This document shows, one piece after another, positions 35,826 through 50,489 of a stretch of DNA of 64,000 bases. Each line of letters begins with the position of its first letter. Position 1 is the stretch's first letter. Source of the DNA: Octopus bimaculoides (Eukaryota). The notes under the pieces were generated by a model, which was given only the letters and a program-made list of their open reading frames with translations, was not told the DNA's origin and ran no database searches. Location of the stretch: assembly GCF_001194135.2 (NCBI RefSeq), contig NC_068982.1:126321596-126385595 (forward strand). The letters are read 5' to 3'. The translations under genes and the position numbers were made by a program.

Positions 35826-36879
35826 TAAAGAACATGCACGGGCATGACTGTGAGGTCAAGGCATTCACTTCACAACTACATAGTTTTGAGTTCAATCCTA
35901 GTGTGCGCAAGTTGGCTTAAGGTCATACCTTTCACAGTATATCTGTGAAAGATATAAACATTAGTGAAAAACCCAATACTTTCTGAATAAATTTTACCAA
36001 GTCACAGACACTCCCAAGTTAAATTTGCCAACAGAAATGAAGTGAAACTGTACCAGGATTGTTAGCAAAAAATATAAACCATGACGTTACTCTTCACAAC
36101 GTATGTTATAAAATATATAAAAATAACATAAAACAAGGTGATTTATTTCCCATTACTAACAAAAGAAAACATGGATCCTGTTCATTGCAATTCTAAGAAA
36201 CAATTAAGCTAGTCGTTATCTTGTGTTTTCCCACATATAGAAAAAATACTTTTGTTTATTATTATTATTATCATCTAAATATGGCAGTACTTAAATTGTT
36301 TTGTACTTCATACTTTATATATTTTCCCTCAGTTCAATTACATTTTTTAAACTTCATGTCAAACAGTTTTTACTTTCATTTTCACTTTCAACCATCCCCT
36401 TCCAATGTCCTACATTTATATTTTATTTACTGTTCCTCTACACACACACACACACACACACGATGATTTCCATTTTTCCCCTCCTTTTCAGTTTCTTTAA
36501 ATAGTTGTCAACACTTACTATCTATATATTTCTCTATTTTTCTACAATAATTTTTTTAGCAGAATACAAAAAGAATTTTTTTCCCTCTTTTGTTTACAGT
36601 TTTTTTTTGTTTTTTGTTGATTTTTTTTTTCTTCCATATATCAAAGAGAAATTCAACTTGTCAAGACATCAAATAAATGTGTACCATAATATTGAGATCA
36701 TACTCCAAGACAAAATAAACATGGCCAAGGCATGAAAACAAAACAAGAACGCCTGTTCTATATTTAAGGGGAATTTCCTCCTCTACCTCACCATCACCTC
36801 TTGAAATCCTAACCATCCTTATTGGATGGTAGACTAGTGACTACATCATTCAATATAATGTTATACAGTTTTAACATGT

Positions 36880-37100
36880 CTTTCACTTGTCTCAATCATT
36901 GGACTGTGGTCATGCTGGAGTACCGGCTTGAAGGGTGTAGTAGAAAAAAAAAACCTACTCTAGTACTTATTTTTTCTTTCTTTCTTTCTTTTTTTTTTGG
37001 AAGTTTGGTACTTATTTATTTTTTTTTTGCTGAACCAAGTTGCAAGGATGTAAACAAACCAACACCAGTTATCAAGTGATAGCGGGGAGAACAAACAACA
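36880..37100 (-). mobile_element. SINE family A, 3' half
   Basis: GACTGTGGTCATGCTGGAGTACC..GCTGAACC..ACACCAGTTATCAAG. Confidence 0.7.
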
Positions 37101-37161
37101 CAGAGTTTAAATGACCAAATTGATTACTGAAAGTCTCATTTAAACAGGACATACATAGATG

Positions 37162-37213
<52 letters not shown>

Positions 37214-37641
37214 TTTTATCTGAATTCTATTTGACATCAAACCACAGCTGATCTAGTGATGGAGCCTCTGTGTGTTGACCTGCTAAGAAATAACAACCAA
37301 ATCTCCTTCAAATCACACTCTAGCTGTTCAAGAAAGAGAGAAAAGTAATATTAATATGAATAATGTAGTCCGGAACATACTATGCTGGGGTGAAACAAGA
37401 AATGGTGGTCATAATGGAATGTCTTTAATTACAAGCTTGCTCAATGAGAGCTGACCTGAAGCTCAACAAACAACAACAACAACAACAACCACAACAACCA
37501 CCACCAGTATGCATTTGATAGGAAGCTACACAGTCACTGTGTGATAAATATACAACAAACTGGCTGGAAGTCAAATATAGATTGTAGGTAACTAGAAAGG
37601 AGTAAGCCACAGATGAAGAAAGGCTCAACAAAAGAGAGAGA

Positions 37642-37704
<63 letters not shown>

Positions 37705-38506
37705 GGAGAAGGAGGAACATGCAGTTAAAATAGAGAATATTGGATAAAAGAAAGATTAATGTTAAAAGTGATTAAGAAAGTGATGGGGGTGGTAGAAGTG
37801 ATTAAAAAGTAATTAAGGTGAGAAAAGATGCAAAGAACGACTGGAAATGTGAAATCTTCAAAGACCCAAACAAAAATAAATAATTAGAAAGAAAAAGGAA
37901 AAAGATCACTTGCTGGAATTAGATGACAATTCAAAGAAATGGATTCTTCCAAAATGGTGAGCTGGGCAGCACAGCTATAGCTAATTGGTCAGTCAATATA
38001 TGAAATATACTTGGAACAAAAACTGTGGTAAACATAAACTTCAGCTACAAGAGAAAAAGAGAAGGAATTCTTGGCAGTGAGCCAGTTCACAAGGAACTTG
38101 CCAGCCTTAGCTGTCTATTTTATCTATTATTATTATTGCTTCAGCTTACCTCCCTATCTCTGACATATATTCTACAATATTCTCTCATACAGCAGGTTGG
38201 TGTGCAAAGCACACAAATCATATGTGTATCTCTGTTGCAATAGACAATTTATCTTTCACCATATCTTCGCAAGCCTTAGATATAGTGTTTCCCTAGCATA
38301 GGCACAAAAAAAAAGAAGCACACATGCATACACGCATACACACACACACATGTGTACACACTCCCTTAAACAGCAAAAATGGAGGTGAAATTCTCTCTCT
38401 CTCTCTCTCTCTCTGGACTGTAAGAAACTTATTGATCAAAATATGGAACCCAGCTTGTAGAAAACACCTAGCAGACCTGGCCAGTATCCAAACTAAGCTC
38501 TTTACA

Positions 38507-38507
<1 letters not shown>

Positions 38508-38553
<46 letters not shown>

Positions 38554-38563
38554 TGATGATGAT
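38508..38563. repeat. (AAT)n then (GAT)n microsatellite
   Basis: Read directly; other compound tracts at 33770-33820 and 32753-32790. Confidence 0.95.
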
Positions 38564-39203
38564 GAAAATTTCTAAACAACAGTTTTAAAATAAATTTTAA
38601 TCAAATTGGATGATTTTTAGGGAATTCAGTCTCTAAATATTTCATTTATTAAAAGAAAAAAAAAGAAGAAAAAAATGAAAAAAGAAACAATTATTTAGTA
38701 ACAGCAATTTTATTTATATATTTATTTTTTATTTTAATTACTGGGGATGAAACAGTAGATGATTTAATTAAGCCCAAAATTTGATGCTGGTTTCAAAATA
38801 GAGGAGTCCAAATTCTCAGTTCCACTTAAGGTGTAATCCTATTAGTACCAGATAAATGTTAATAAATGGTTTCATAACCTAATGCTTTCCCAGCAATACA
38901 TCACTCTAATTAATGGTGTTTAAAATCATAAATAAACAAAATCAAAAAGAAAAAAAAGCAATTAATAAAGCTTGTTAATATTTGATTATCCTGAGATCAA
39001 AATTTCATCTCGATACTTTTTCTCAGTCTTTTAAAAAATTTCCACTATATTCCAAACTCATTACCAAGAGAAACATGGTGGTAGATTTTCCATGTCCAGA
39101 ATTCACAAGGAAGCATGGGACACCCTTACGTGGCTATACAAACCAATCCTTGATATTGCAGCATTTTTCTTCCTGCCTGCATGTAATAGTTTGTTTTTTT
39201 TCA

Positions 39204-39423
39204 AACCGTTTAGCATTCAGATTACTCTGTCAAATGTAAGGCTTAATTATTCACATTATTTTTAATTAATCACACATTAACTTGTAGCTTTACAATTTTG
39301 ATGATATGATTGTATATTCTTAGAATGATATTGTAGAGTAAGTATGAGAGGCCAGATCTGGCCAGTGAACATAAAACAGGTAGAATATTTAGGCTGGATA
39401 TGGTTGGTTTAAATGACAAAGGG
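39204..39423 (+). mobile_element. TTAA-type MITE, diverged ends
   Basis: TTTAGCATTCAGATTACTCTGTCAAATGTAA..GAGAGGCCAGATCTGGCCAGT..GGTTTAAATG. Confidence 0.75.
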
Positions 39424-39859
39424 CCAAACAGAGAATTAGCCTGCAGAATCCAATCCCGCTCTTTTGACCACACTGGCTCAACAAGCTAAGACTGTTGAGA
39501 ATTATAGTGTTTGTAAAATAATAGACCCAAAGTGTTACTTTTGATCCTGCAAAAAAAATATTATCCCCCGGAAAATGGAGAACTCTTCCAAAGCATGCAT
39601 TTTCAAATTGGGTAAGAGCATTAGAGTGCAGTAATATCCATCAATGCTAACATTTGTTTTCCCTGCTGCTGTGTGTTATGTATGCCTACAGAACATACAA
39701 ACAGTAGCCAGCTTTCTTCCTTTCAGAACAATTCATTTAAAGCAATAATGGTGTTTGATTAGAAAAAAATTTTGTTTACTTATATTTCTTAATATGACAG
39801 AAGAAAGTCATCCACTATATCATTACGTAAAGACTAATGGAATAAAATAGACTGAAAAC

Positions 39860-40070
39860 ATGGGCACAGGCATTGGTGTATGGTTAAGAAGTTTGCTTCT
39901 CAGCTATGTGGTTTCAGGTTCAGTCCCACTGGGTAGCCGCTTGGGCAAGTCTCTTCCACTATACCGTCGAGTTAACAAGAGCCTTGTGAGTGAATATGGT
40001 AGATGGAAAGCAGAAGAAGTTTGCTCTGTATGTGTGTGCATGCATGCATGTGGTGTGTGTTAGTGGGCTT
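39860..40070 (+). mobile_element. SINE family A, 5' half
   Basis: GGTGTATGGTTAAGAAG..GGTTCAGTCCCACTG..TTGGGCAAGT..GAGCCTTGTGAGTG. Confidence 0.75.
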
Positions 40071-42609
40071 ATATTTTCTGTACCTGCTTTCTGAGTGTAA
40101 GTAATGGTTTCATTAATATTGCTATTTGCTTGCAGTCCACCAGAAAAGCATGAGAGTTGTATACTGTTCAATGGACAAGGAGGTTTTCACCTCACTTGAA
40201 TACAAAGAAGGGTGACAGCTGGAAGGGCATCTGGCCACAGAAATGTGACTCAACAAATTCTATTTTACCCATGAAAGCACGGAAAAGTGGATGTTAAAAT
40301 GAAAAAGAGAAAAACCCAATGACATTCTGTGCAATTCACATCTGTCAGCAAAAGTAACTTAGTAACTTAGTGATATGAAAACAAACAAACAAGAAAAATT
40401 AAAACCAAAAACAAATTCTAGGAATAGTTAGTGAATAGGTAGCTAAAATTAATTTCAGTGAAAGTAAAACTACCAGAGAGAAAATTGTTATGCTAAAGTG
40501 AATTGCATGTCAATATGGAAGAGAATGCATGCTGTAGTGACTAGCAGTTCCACAAACTACAGTCTGGATTCTATTCTAGTCATTTAAAGATTTCTTTCAA
40601 AAAAATTTTTTTAAATATATTATCATCATATTATCCTCAAAATGGAGGTTTAAAAAAAAAACATGAATGGAATATTCTGTGTAAACCTTTTGGAGAAAGA
40701 ACCCAGAGATATAGAATGCTGATGGGAATAGTGTTCATAATTGATATGAACATTCAAATATTACTGAGAGGAAGATGAGAGAGACTAACAACTCCGTGAA
40801 TGCTATGAAACCAGTTTCAAATGCAAAACTAAAATTGTAATTGATATAAAAAAGAAAATTTTTTGTTGAAAACTGAATGCTATTACACCAAAATATTTTC
40901 AATTATTACAAAGTTTATTAGTAGCGTTTTAGTCTCACAGAAACAATTTCAAGCCAAAGAGTAATAATATCTTGTTCTATGTTTCTATTATAAAGTTTCT
41001 AAACTTATTTTTGCAGTATACTTATCTATTATGCTTTTCTAAACCATAATCCATATTCATTTCAGAAATATTTTTTTGAAAAGAAACTGAGGCCAAAATT
41101 TATGTGGATTCTTTATCGTTTCATATAATTCAAGTAATTTCAAAAGAAAACACAGCCAGAAAAAAATTTTTGTTAAAAAGATTTTTAAAAAAACCAAACA
41201 ATTGGATGCTTTTGTTTGTAATCAAAACATTGCTTATCATCTAACATGTCACAACTCTATTCCATAATTACTAAGTAACTTTCATACACGCACACTCAAA
41301 CACAAACCACTATACAAGATACCGTGGCAATTTACAATATACCAGCTATACAACTGAGCTATGAATTAGGATATAGGCTTTTTAATATCATTTTCAAAGA
41401 ACAATGAATAATTCATACATCAGATGTTACTCAATATTATTTTTATTGAAAAAGCAGGAATTCTTGACAACTTGAGCCACCAGTCTGGTGTGACGGTATA
41501 TTACATATGGCCAAAATATCTTTGATAAAGACCTAATCATTCTATTTTGTATCTCTTTCTCCACACAATTAACAATGAGATGCAACAATATGTTTGCAGT
41601 CAAACAGAGTTGTGATTGGTTTCAATTCCTAGCCAACAATTGTTTTACGTATATCACTGATGCCTTTGGAAACCCATGAACATTATAGCCAACAATTGCA
41701 ACTCCTTTATAAATGCTAAACATCATGCTAGTATAAAATCATTATTACCATACAAATATCAAAGCCATTTCTGTGGGTATAAGAGAAAGAGTTTCCAGTT
41801 TCTTCACCAAGCTCAGTGCCAATTCTAAATTTGCTAACGGCATCTATGCACATTCTCCAGATAAAAGACGAGTTGAAACCTGGCAGAATTTGCACTTTGA
41901 ACTAGGAACACAGAATAAAGATTATGCTAACAGTAGTGATTAGGAGTTATTTTGAAAAGGAACAAAGCCAACATTTATGGAACATAATAATGATCATCAT
42001 CGTTTTGTTTTATGTCCACTTTTCCAAATTGGCTTGGATTAGATGAGACCTATTGGGGCAATATTCTCTGGCCAGATACCAACCCAAACTTGCTTTTCAA
42101 GTAAGATATTTTCATCCTGTGTAAAAACTATCATCATCATCATCATCTAATGTCTGTATACCATGTTGGCATGGCTTAGACAGTCCGACAAGATCCAACA
42201 AGCCTGAGTGTAGACAGTAAAGACTAATGCAGCTTTCAAGCTAGTTGGATTCTGTCAGCTATTCAACCCATACCAACAAGATAAAAAGATGTGCAATGAT
42301 AATATCTTCATACATCAAAATTGACAAGCCACAGAGCACACTGTTTCTAGGAGAACATGAATAAATTTCACTGCTTCCCAAGCAGTGTGAGTATGAAAGC
42401 ACATGGACACACGGACACACAAACAAAGTTTATTTAGACTGATCCAGTAGCCTGTCACTCTGGAATTTCCATGTCATGCAACCACTTCTTCAGACAAGCC
42501 AGACTGCAGACCACGAAAATCCTAGAGTAACAATGAACCGGCCTAAATAAACTACTGCATTCTACATTCATACTGAGAAATAGTTCTTCAGTTCATTATC
42601 TATGGCAGA

Positions 42610-43345
42610 TATATATGTACACACACACACAAACAAGGTGGGTTTCTGTACAGTTTTTAACCATCAAATTTCCCTCACAAGGCATTGGTCAGCCTGAGGC
42701 TAGAGTAAAAGACACTTGTCCAGGTGCCACACAATGGGATCAAATCCAAATTCACATGGTTGCAAAGCAAACTTTCATTACATAACCATATCTGCACATA
42801 ACAACAACGATAATAATCCTTTCCCATATAGGCACAAGGCCTGAAATTTTAGAGGCGGGAGCTAGTCATTTACATCGACCACAAAAGGATGAAAGGCAAA
42901 GTCGACCTCAACAGAATTTGAACTCGGAGTTTAAAGACAGACAAAATGCTACATTTTATCCAGCATGTTAATGATTCTGCCAACTCACCACCTTAATAAT
43001 AACAATAATTAATGGGCTACAGCAAATATTCTGCTTAATACCACAGATTTGCTTGTCAGTTGTTTGACTTTGACCAGTTGAGCATGTCCCTTGGTGGCTG
43101 ATGCTATGTGCATCTCTGATCATGAGCAGAAGTAGTGGGGGAGCATACGAGTCATGTGTTGAGAGAAATTCTTTGGGGTTTGAATAATTCACCCTGGAAA
43201 CAGCTAGTACTGTTTTCATCAATCCCAAAAAGATGAAAGACAAAGTCAACCATGGCAGAATTTGAACTTAGAACATAAAACTAGAAGAATACCACAAAAC
43301 AGTTTGTCTGGCATACTAACAATTCTTCCAACTCACTGCCTTAAT
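42610..43345 (-). mobile_element. nested cluster: SINE A 5' half, SINE B, an unassigned ~200-bp repeat ending at a TAA-rich tract (43005-43200), SINE B 5' half
   Basis: Family A and B blocks recognisable. The middle segment GGGCTACAGCAAATATTCTG..GAATAATTCACCCTGGAAAC is compositionally distinct and is probably a LINE 3' UTR (inference). Confidence 0.65.
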
Positions 43346-43834
43346 AATAATAACAATAATGATGATAATAATTATAATAATATACTACTGGCATTATTTT
43401 ATAAGATGCAGGAGTAAGAAAGTAAAAATTTACCAAGCTAGTTAAGAATATTGAACTGTAAAGAATAGAACACCATTTTATTCAGCAACCAATATTGCAA
43501 TGATCCCTGATCAATTTAATATATAAACTAGTGGGGGGAAAATAAGTTTATTTAAGGTAGGGCCTTGAAAAATATGTCTAGAAGAAAACAGTAAGGCAAT
43601 ATTAGCTGAAACATCAGAAAGTTTTCCAAAATAGCATTATGACAAAAGTTATAAGTGTGATTATTTTAAAGCATTTCTCATCAACACGAGACAGCTAGCT
43701 ACATGATAAACAGTGGATAAAGATTTCAATGGAATGAAAGCAGTTATGAAACTGCAGATACAGGGGAGAAGAGAGGCAGGAGCAGGGGATACATTCAAAT
43801 TTTTAATTCTATATTTGAATCATGTATATCTATC

Positions 43835-43906
<72 letters not shown>

Positions 43907-45510
43907 CACACAAAAAAAAAAATTACATTTTCACATATAAATTCTATAGAAATGTAACAATAGGTCAACATGACAATATGTAGAAGCTCTAATAAATTTT
44001 ACTCAGCATCTGTTATCTACAGCAGAAATCTAATAATCAAAATATAATGATAATGATGATTACTTTGGAAAGGTAATCCACAAAAGTGAAAGATTCAGAT
44101 TAAATGTAATAGGAACAAAGAAAAGAAATTTTATTTATTGGTGATGAAATGTGGAGCTTAAACTTTAGAAATTAATAACAGTTTCTATCTCTTTCTCATG
44201 TTTGTGTATCACTGATAATTGTTCAGAAATAACATTACATCTGGTCAGTAGAGCTAGAGGAAAAGAAGCCATTTGGATAACAAATATTGTTCTTTGTATA
44301 ATTTTTTGTGTACATTTTTCTTTTTCTTTTTTTTTTGTTATAAATATCATTTTAAATTTAAAGATCATATATTCATGTGTGTGTGTGTGTGTGTGTGTAT
44401 AAAGAAGCCATTTGGATAACAAATATTGTATAACTTAAATACTTCTTTTTTTTGTTATAAACATTTTTATATATATAGTTATTAATGAGATTATCAATCT
44501 AAGCAAAATACTTTATAAGCTCTCTGTTAATACACCAGGCTAACCAGATTTTTTACATTAGTAAAACACTCCATGCATTCTCATGACAGTGTCCACGGTT
44601 ATGCTTCACCATTCTGTATTGTGAATCCATGCTTGTATTCCCAGTTAGACTGGTCTTTTACACAGAGTGTTATTGATTGGTTAAGAAAAATTGAGCAACC
44701 TCAAGAATTAATGCTACCCTCATCAGTCATTGAGTTCTGGTGAGAACGATGTAAAACAATCCACTTGGTTCTACAGGAAACAGCTGCGAGTGCAATTTAC
44801 TCCAATAAAGGATTATGTAATGACCATTATTTATGCCTTGTCTGAGAGAGGGGGCATAGTTGCGTGGTTAAGAATTTGCTCCTTAATCATGTGGTTTCAA
44901 GTTCAGTCTCACTGCAACTTGCTATAATAGCTCTGGTCCAACTAAAGCCTAAGGTTTGAGTGGACTTACTCCATGGAAACCAAGAGTGTATGCATATGTT
45001 TATATGTGTTTTCAACAAAATGCTGACCTATAAGTGGTGACGTTGCTATTTTCCCTGTCAAGAAACGTACTGGCTTTCTATCTTTGAAGCTTTGTGGAAT
45101 AAAAAAAAAATCTCTTATTTGAAAAACAAGTGTTAGCAGCAGGAAGAGCATTCAGCAATTAAACAATGCCACAATATTTGTCTAACCTATGCTGGCATGG
45201 AAAAACTGGAAATGAAATTCATCATCATCATAATAATAACCAAATATTCATTTTTTCGATGCTGACTGAATTAGACAGCTCAACAGAGCTACACCATAGT
45301 CCAATGTCTTCTCTGGCAAGGTGTCCTTCCTGTCATGAACTATTTTATACACGTACAAAATGCATACAGTAATGAGTGCACTGGCTGCTGTTTTTTTTTT
45401 TCCTTTGTGGCACCTGCACTATTGAGGTTACTATGTTATGCAAAGAAGTAAAACCCCTGTATACTGAATGGTACTATGGTAGAGAATGGGGTAGCTTTAT
45501 GCAAGGTGTT

Positions 45511-45744
45511 GAAAGGTTCTCAGCTGGGGTCTATAAAAGATTTTGTTGTTAAAGTTTATGTGTAATAAATTACACTTCTACGATACACAAAACATTTTAA
45601 CAATTTTTTAAACAGTTCCTAATAATATTTGCTTATAAAAATATAATTGTATTTTCTTTTTAAGCATTGAATGGCTAGAGGGGTCCAGTTGAGTAAAATA
45701 GGAATCAAATGGGTTCATTGGCAAGATATGGTTGAAAACCACTG
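45511..45744 (+). mobile_element. diverged copy of the 34100-34701 hAT MITE
   Basis: AAAGGTTCTCAGC..AAGATTTTGTTGTTAAA..GGAATCAAATGGG..GGTTGAAAACCACTG; no TSD visible. Confidence 0.6.
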
Positions 45745-46355
45745 GATTAAAATATGAAAGAAGAGAAAGGAACAGGTTTCTTAATGTAAAGCAGATACAT
45801 GTCTACTCCCCTACCATCACCATAAATAGTATTATGTAATCTTTTACACACACTCAAGCACATAGTGATTTTTACAGCCTTCTAAAAATCAAAATGCTCC
45901 TTTTGAAAACTCAGAGTAATCTTTTCAATGCAAACATGTAAACTAAATGATGGTAATGATGATAGATAAAGCCTGTAATACATAGTAGAAAGAAGAGCCT
46001 GGGTTAAGTAGATTTTGTAAAGAAAGAAAATAAAGAAAGGAAAAGAAAACCAGAAGACATTTGGTAGGATAAGAGCAGAGTCAAACAATGACACCAGTTA
46101 AAGATATTGTTTAATAAGCCGACATAATACACATCGAAGTAAGCAAATATTGCATGCACTAGAAATGAATAAAATGAACAACACAAGAAAAGTACAAGAA
46201 GACAGCACTACTTCAGAAATAATGTTTCCTGTCTGCTGTCAGACGTATTGTGTTAGCTGCTCTTTTAGCTATGGCAGCCAGCACAACCGTATGTCGGCTG
46301 GCACTCCTTCAGATAATCATTACAGCTGTAAGAAAACTAATGGGTGTTTTGGTTT

Positions 46356-46391
<36 letters not shown>

Positions 46392-47619
46392 CAAGCATGC
46401 ACATGCGTATTAATAGAACGGCCAGTAGTAACATTATTTTTGTATAATTACAGGACAAAAGACATTGGTTATGCCTCAATATTGTTAAGTCTAGTCTAGT
46501 CTACATAGATATTCCATTGAACCAATAAACCAAACAAAGATTTTGGAGTTCATGAGGTTTCTCCTTCAGATCTGACAAATATCTGTTTTGTCTCAAAAAT
46601 GAAATGTTATAAACTAGAAAGTCAAGAAACTGATTTAGCTCAGGTCAATTATCCTAAAAAAAAAATTTTAAATAAGAGATCCAGAGTAATTTAGTTTTTT
46701 TAATACTCTAGAATTTAGACTGGCCATATCTGGCCCAAATATTCAACCTGGTTCAAACCAGCCAGAACTAGCCTCTCACACTACCCCAACTATGTCATTC
46801 TAAAAATATACAACCACATCACCATACTCTCAAATTTATGAGATAAAGCAAAATATAAGAAAAAGTTGGTTAAAAGATGAAATTTTGTTATTACTGTTGC
46901 TTCTGTCATGGGAAAAATATACTGGAGTTATCAACATTGTGCAGTCCATATGATGTGTGCGTGTGCGTGCGTGCATAAGCAATACAAGGGATAAACTTAC
47001 TCTGAATAAAGTAACCAGTGGCATGGTTCTGTAGTATGTTGCATACAGGTAGAGAATCTAGTTGTAATATACCTGAACATATTCAGGTGTACCATAAAAA
47101 GGATTGGTCATGTTGGAAACAGAGGAGGGAGTTTTGTAGCATGCTAATTAATGGCTTTGTAGTATCCTGAACTCAAGTCACGGAAATACCTTTAAAGTTG
47201 GCTCAACCTGAGAGATACAAGAGTTTTCTGCATGGCCCGGCTGTTGAGAAAATCAAGTTGTTGATTAAATTGGTGAGATGTGGTTGGGCACAATTTACAT
47301 TATTATTCATAGAGTAGACAGTGCTTACCAAAATCAACATAGGGATGAAGCCATGATCTATACTTGCTCAATAATCTCTCAGTTTTTCTTGTTTACTTAC
47401 CACTCAGGAAGAAAAGGACAGCACCCCATCTTTTTTTATTTTTTCCCCCTCCACCTTACAAAGTCTTTAATGGTAAGAAGAAAGAAGGAAGTTACCCTCA
47501 AATAATAAGAGACCTGCCCTGAATGTTTGCAACAGAATAGACTTCACTAAAAGCACATAAGGATCAAATGGTGACATTAAACTAAGTGATGGATTAAATG
47601 CACCATGCAAGAACTCAGA

Positions 47620-47790
47620 CCTCAAAAAATAGAACAAATATTGCAGTCAACCATCCCAGACAGTTACTTTATTTTATTGATTTTGAAAAGATGAAAGCAA
47701 AATTGATTTTGGCTGGATTTGAACTCAGAGCACAAAGAACCAGAATAAATACTGCAAGATATATAATTTTGCCTATTCTTCCTTATCACA
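47620..47790 (-). mobile_element. SINE family B, diverged
   Basis: GAAAAGATGAAAGCAAAA..GGATTTGAACTCAGAGC. Confidence 0.65.
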
Positions 47791-48139
47791 ATTGTATATC
47801 AACAGCGATCACAGTTTAATACCAACTACAACTGATCAGTTTCAAATTTAAAAATCTAGATTCACAAAATTTTTTTCAAGAAATAAACATTGTTGAAATG
47901 TTTTTGACACATTCTTAAATGGTGTTCTTGTCTTGTAATGAGAAAATATTGTCAAACCACAGCACAAATATAGCACCAGCACCAATGCCAAATAGATTCA
48001 CAGAGATAAAAAAATATTAGAGCAACATGTTAGCAAAAAAAAAAAAAACTGTGTTAGGATAAGAGAATATTTCACATCTAATTGGAGTATAATTAAACTG
48101 ACAACTGTCTTGAACAATAATGGTATCTCATAGCTTTAA

Positions 48140-48662
48140 CCCGTTAGCATTTAAATTATTCTGTCAAATGTAATGCTTATTTATTCACATTCTTTTGAAT
48201 TAATCATGCATTATCTTGTTGCTTTGAGATTTCAATGATGTGACTGCTTACTTTTAGGATGCCAGTGTAAGGTCCATGTAAAAGTCCAGATCTGGCCAGT
48301 TTGAACATAAAACAGGTAAGATATTTTGGCTGCATGAGGCTGGTTTAAATGCTAAATCATCGTTTAACGTCTGCCTTCCATGCTAGCATGGGTTGGACAA
48401 TTTGACTTGAGGAGTGGCGAACCAGAAGTCTGCACCAGGCTCCAACCTGATCTGGCAGAGTTTCTACAGCTGGATGCCCTTCCTAAAGCCAACCACTCCG
48501 AGAGTGTAGTGGGTGCTTTTACGTGCCACCGGCACAAGGGCCACTAAGGCAGTACTGGCAACGGCCACGCTCAAAATGTTGTTTTTTTACGTGCCACCTG
48601 CACAGGAGCCAGTCCAGCGGCACTGGCAACGACCTCACTCAAAGGTTTTTTCACGTGCCACT
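48140..48662. mobile_element. TTAA MITE (48140-48356, plus) whose right end abuts a family D element (48357-48662, minus)
   Basis: TTAA|CCCGTTAGCATT..GGTTTAAATGCTAAA followed directly by TCATCGTTTAACGTC.. with two internal modules. Confidence 0.85.
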
Positions 48663-50054
48663 AAACAGCCTTTATCAACAAATTTACCATCAATTGCACT
48701 CAAAGAAGAATGGCATTCTGTCATAAGAAATAATAAAACAAAAAAACTCATTTAATGCACAATACTAGGAAGATGGAGAAGAAAAAGGATGAAGAAATTA
48801 AACTTTAATGAAAGCTTGAAGTTACAAGAAATTTTAAAGAGCTTTAAATCTGAGATATACAGTGCCAAACTATTTAAAGCAACGTTATAGTAATAGTAGG
48901 AAACATTTTCAAGAGTTTGCATGGCAGAAATAATAAAAGCAAAACTTCAAAACAAATGGTACTTATATAGTGTAGAGATAATTCTAGAAAATGAGGAAAA
49001 ATGCTAACTTACATTCTATTTACTTTTTAACTCACTATTCTATGCTAAAGTGAACGAGATTTTCACATTTACATATTGTTAGCTCAATTGTTTTTACCAG
49101 TGGAAAACCATCCTTCTTGCAGCTGACCACTCAAGCAAATTGGGGTCATTGAAGTAATGAACCTTGCCTACGGACACAACACAGTTACTTCAATAATAAC
49201 GCTTGAATTCATGATCTTGTGGTCAGCAGTAGTCTTGCACTACTACATCCATTTTAATAGAAATATCACTAATTCACTAACAGTAAAGGAAGAAAATAGA
49301 AAGAGAAAATGACTACTTAATCTTTCTAGCCTTGATATTCCTTTTGGACAATTTATAGCATCTCTTAAATCTTTCTACATTAACGACACAGCTTGTATGC
49401 GGAAGAAAGCTGAACTGTTACCAACCGTGAAAGAGTGCCAGAAATGCGGAATTTGTAAATTAGAAACAGCAAAATATGCAATATGTCTACATGCACTGAT
49501 ACTTATGTATACACACATACCATTACAAGATACCTGCCATAAGTAAATACTCAAGAAAAGCAGTAGTCATTAATACAGTAAATTAACAAAAGACTTTATC
49601 AATGAGACAACAGTTTGACAAAAAAAAAAAAAAAATCTTACACTTATCTATAGAAATTAATAAGTTTAGTGAGTTCTAAGTACATATGCATTTGAGTAAA
49701 ATATTCAATTATATACACAATACAGATGATACATTTCCATCTTTTGTACAGATGCATTCACACACAAACGAACATATACACATGCATACATATGCACAAA
49801 CACACACGATAGATAAAACGCACACTAGTAAAATGAGGAAAGAAACAATACATAAAGTTGGACAAGCAAAACAAGTGGCGGAACAAGCAGAGAAAAATAA
49901 AACAAAACATTAACAATCAAGGAATGTGTACAATGAAAACAAATATGTTAAAAGGAAAGAAATGGAAGGACTAACATTTCAGGTGACACTCCTTATGACA
50001 TACAATCAACCCTGAATTTACTCATTTCATGTTACATTTAACTTACTCTTTCTC

Positions 50055-50310
50055 TCTCTTTTACTCGTTTCAGTCATTTGACTGTGGCCATGCTGGAGCA
50101 CCACCTTTAGTCGAGCAAATCGACTCCAGGACTTATTCTTTGTAAGCCTAGTACTTAACTTATTCTATTGTTCTCTTTTGCCAAACCGCTAAGTTACGGG
50201 GACGTAAACACACCAGCATCAGTTGTCAAGCGATGTTGGGGGGGGGGGGCATAGACACACACACATATATATACATACATACATATATACGACAGGCTTC
50301 TTTCAGGCTA
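50055..50310 (-). mobile_element. SINE family A, 3' two-thirds
   Basis: CAGTCATTTGACTGTGGCCATGCTGGAGCACC..GTTACGGGGACGTAAACACACCAGCATC. Confidence 0.9.
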
Positions 50311-50489
50311 CTTGCGTAGTTTCACTTCAGTATGGTTTCAGTTTGGGCTTTTTTTTTTCTCTTTTTTTTATCACAGATACCCACTTCAGTTCTTCATTTT
50401 TCTTGCCATGTTAGTCTCATTTCACATCTCAGATATATTTTAGCACAGCCAATTTGGTGCTGCCTATCCACTTATTATTCAAAACTGAC

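Noticed and set aside
38047-38146. Apparent 100-nt minus-strand intron (GAG|GTAAGC..CTCTTGTAG|)
   Set aside because: Good signals, but the joined peptide is unrecognisable and ends in a stop shortly after; cannot be separated from chance without RNA data.
39065-39133. Minus-strand NSGHGKSTTM, P-loop-like
   Set aside because: Lacks the first Gly of GxxxxGKS and has no supporting neighbouring exons.
44262-44429. 29-bp exact direct repeat 139 bp apart, with a similar two-block repeat near 22573 and 22772
   Set aside because: Consistent with ordinary local slippage duplication; no element structure between the copies.
46190-46330. Small GC-richer island with a strong minus-strand acceptor (TTTTCTTACAG)
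   Set aside because: All three minus frames stop within 20 codons and no good donor follows; plus frames give no recognisable peptide.
49410-49560. KECQKCGICK, possible Penelope linker zinc-knuckle relic
   Set aside because: No GIY-YIG motif or other PLE block could be read alongside it.
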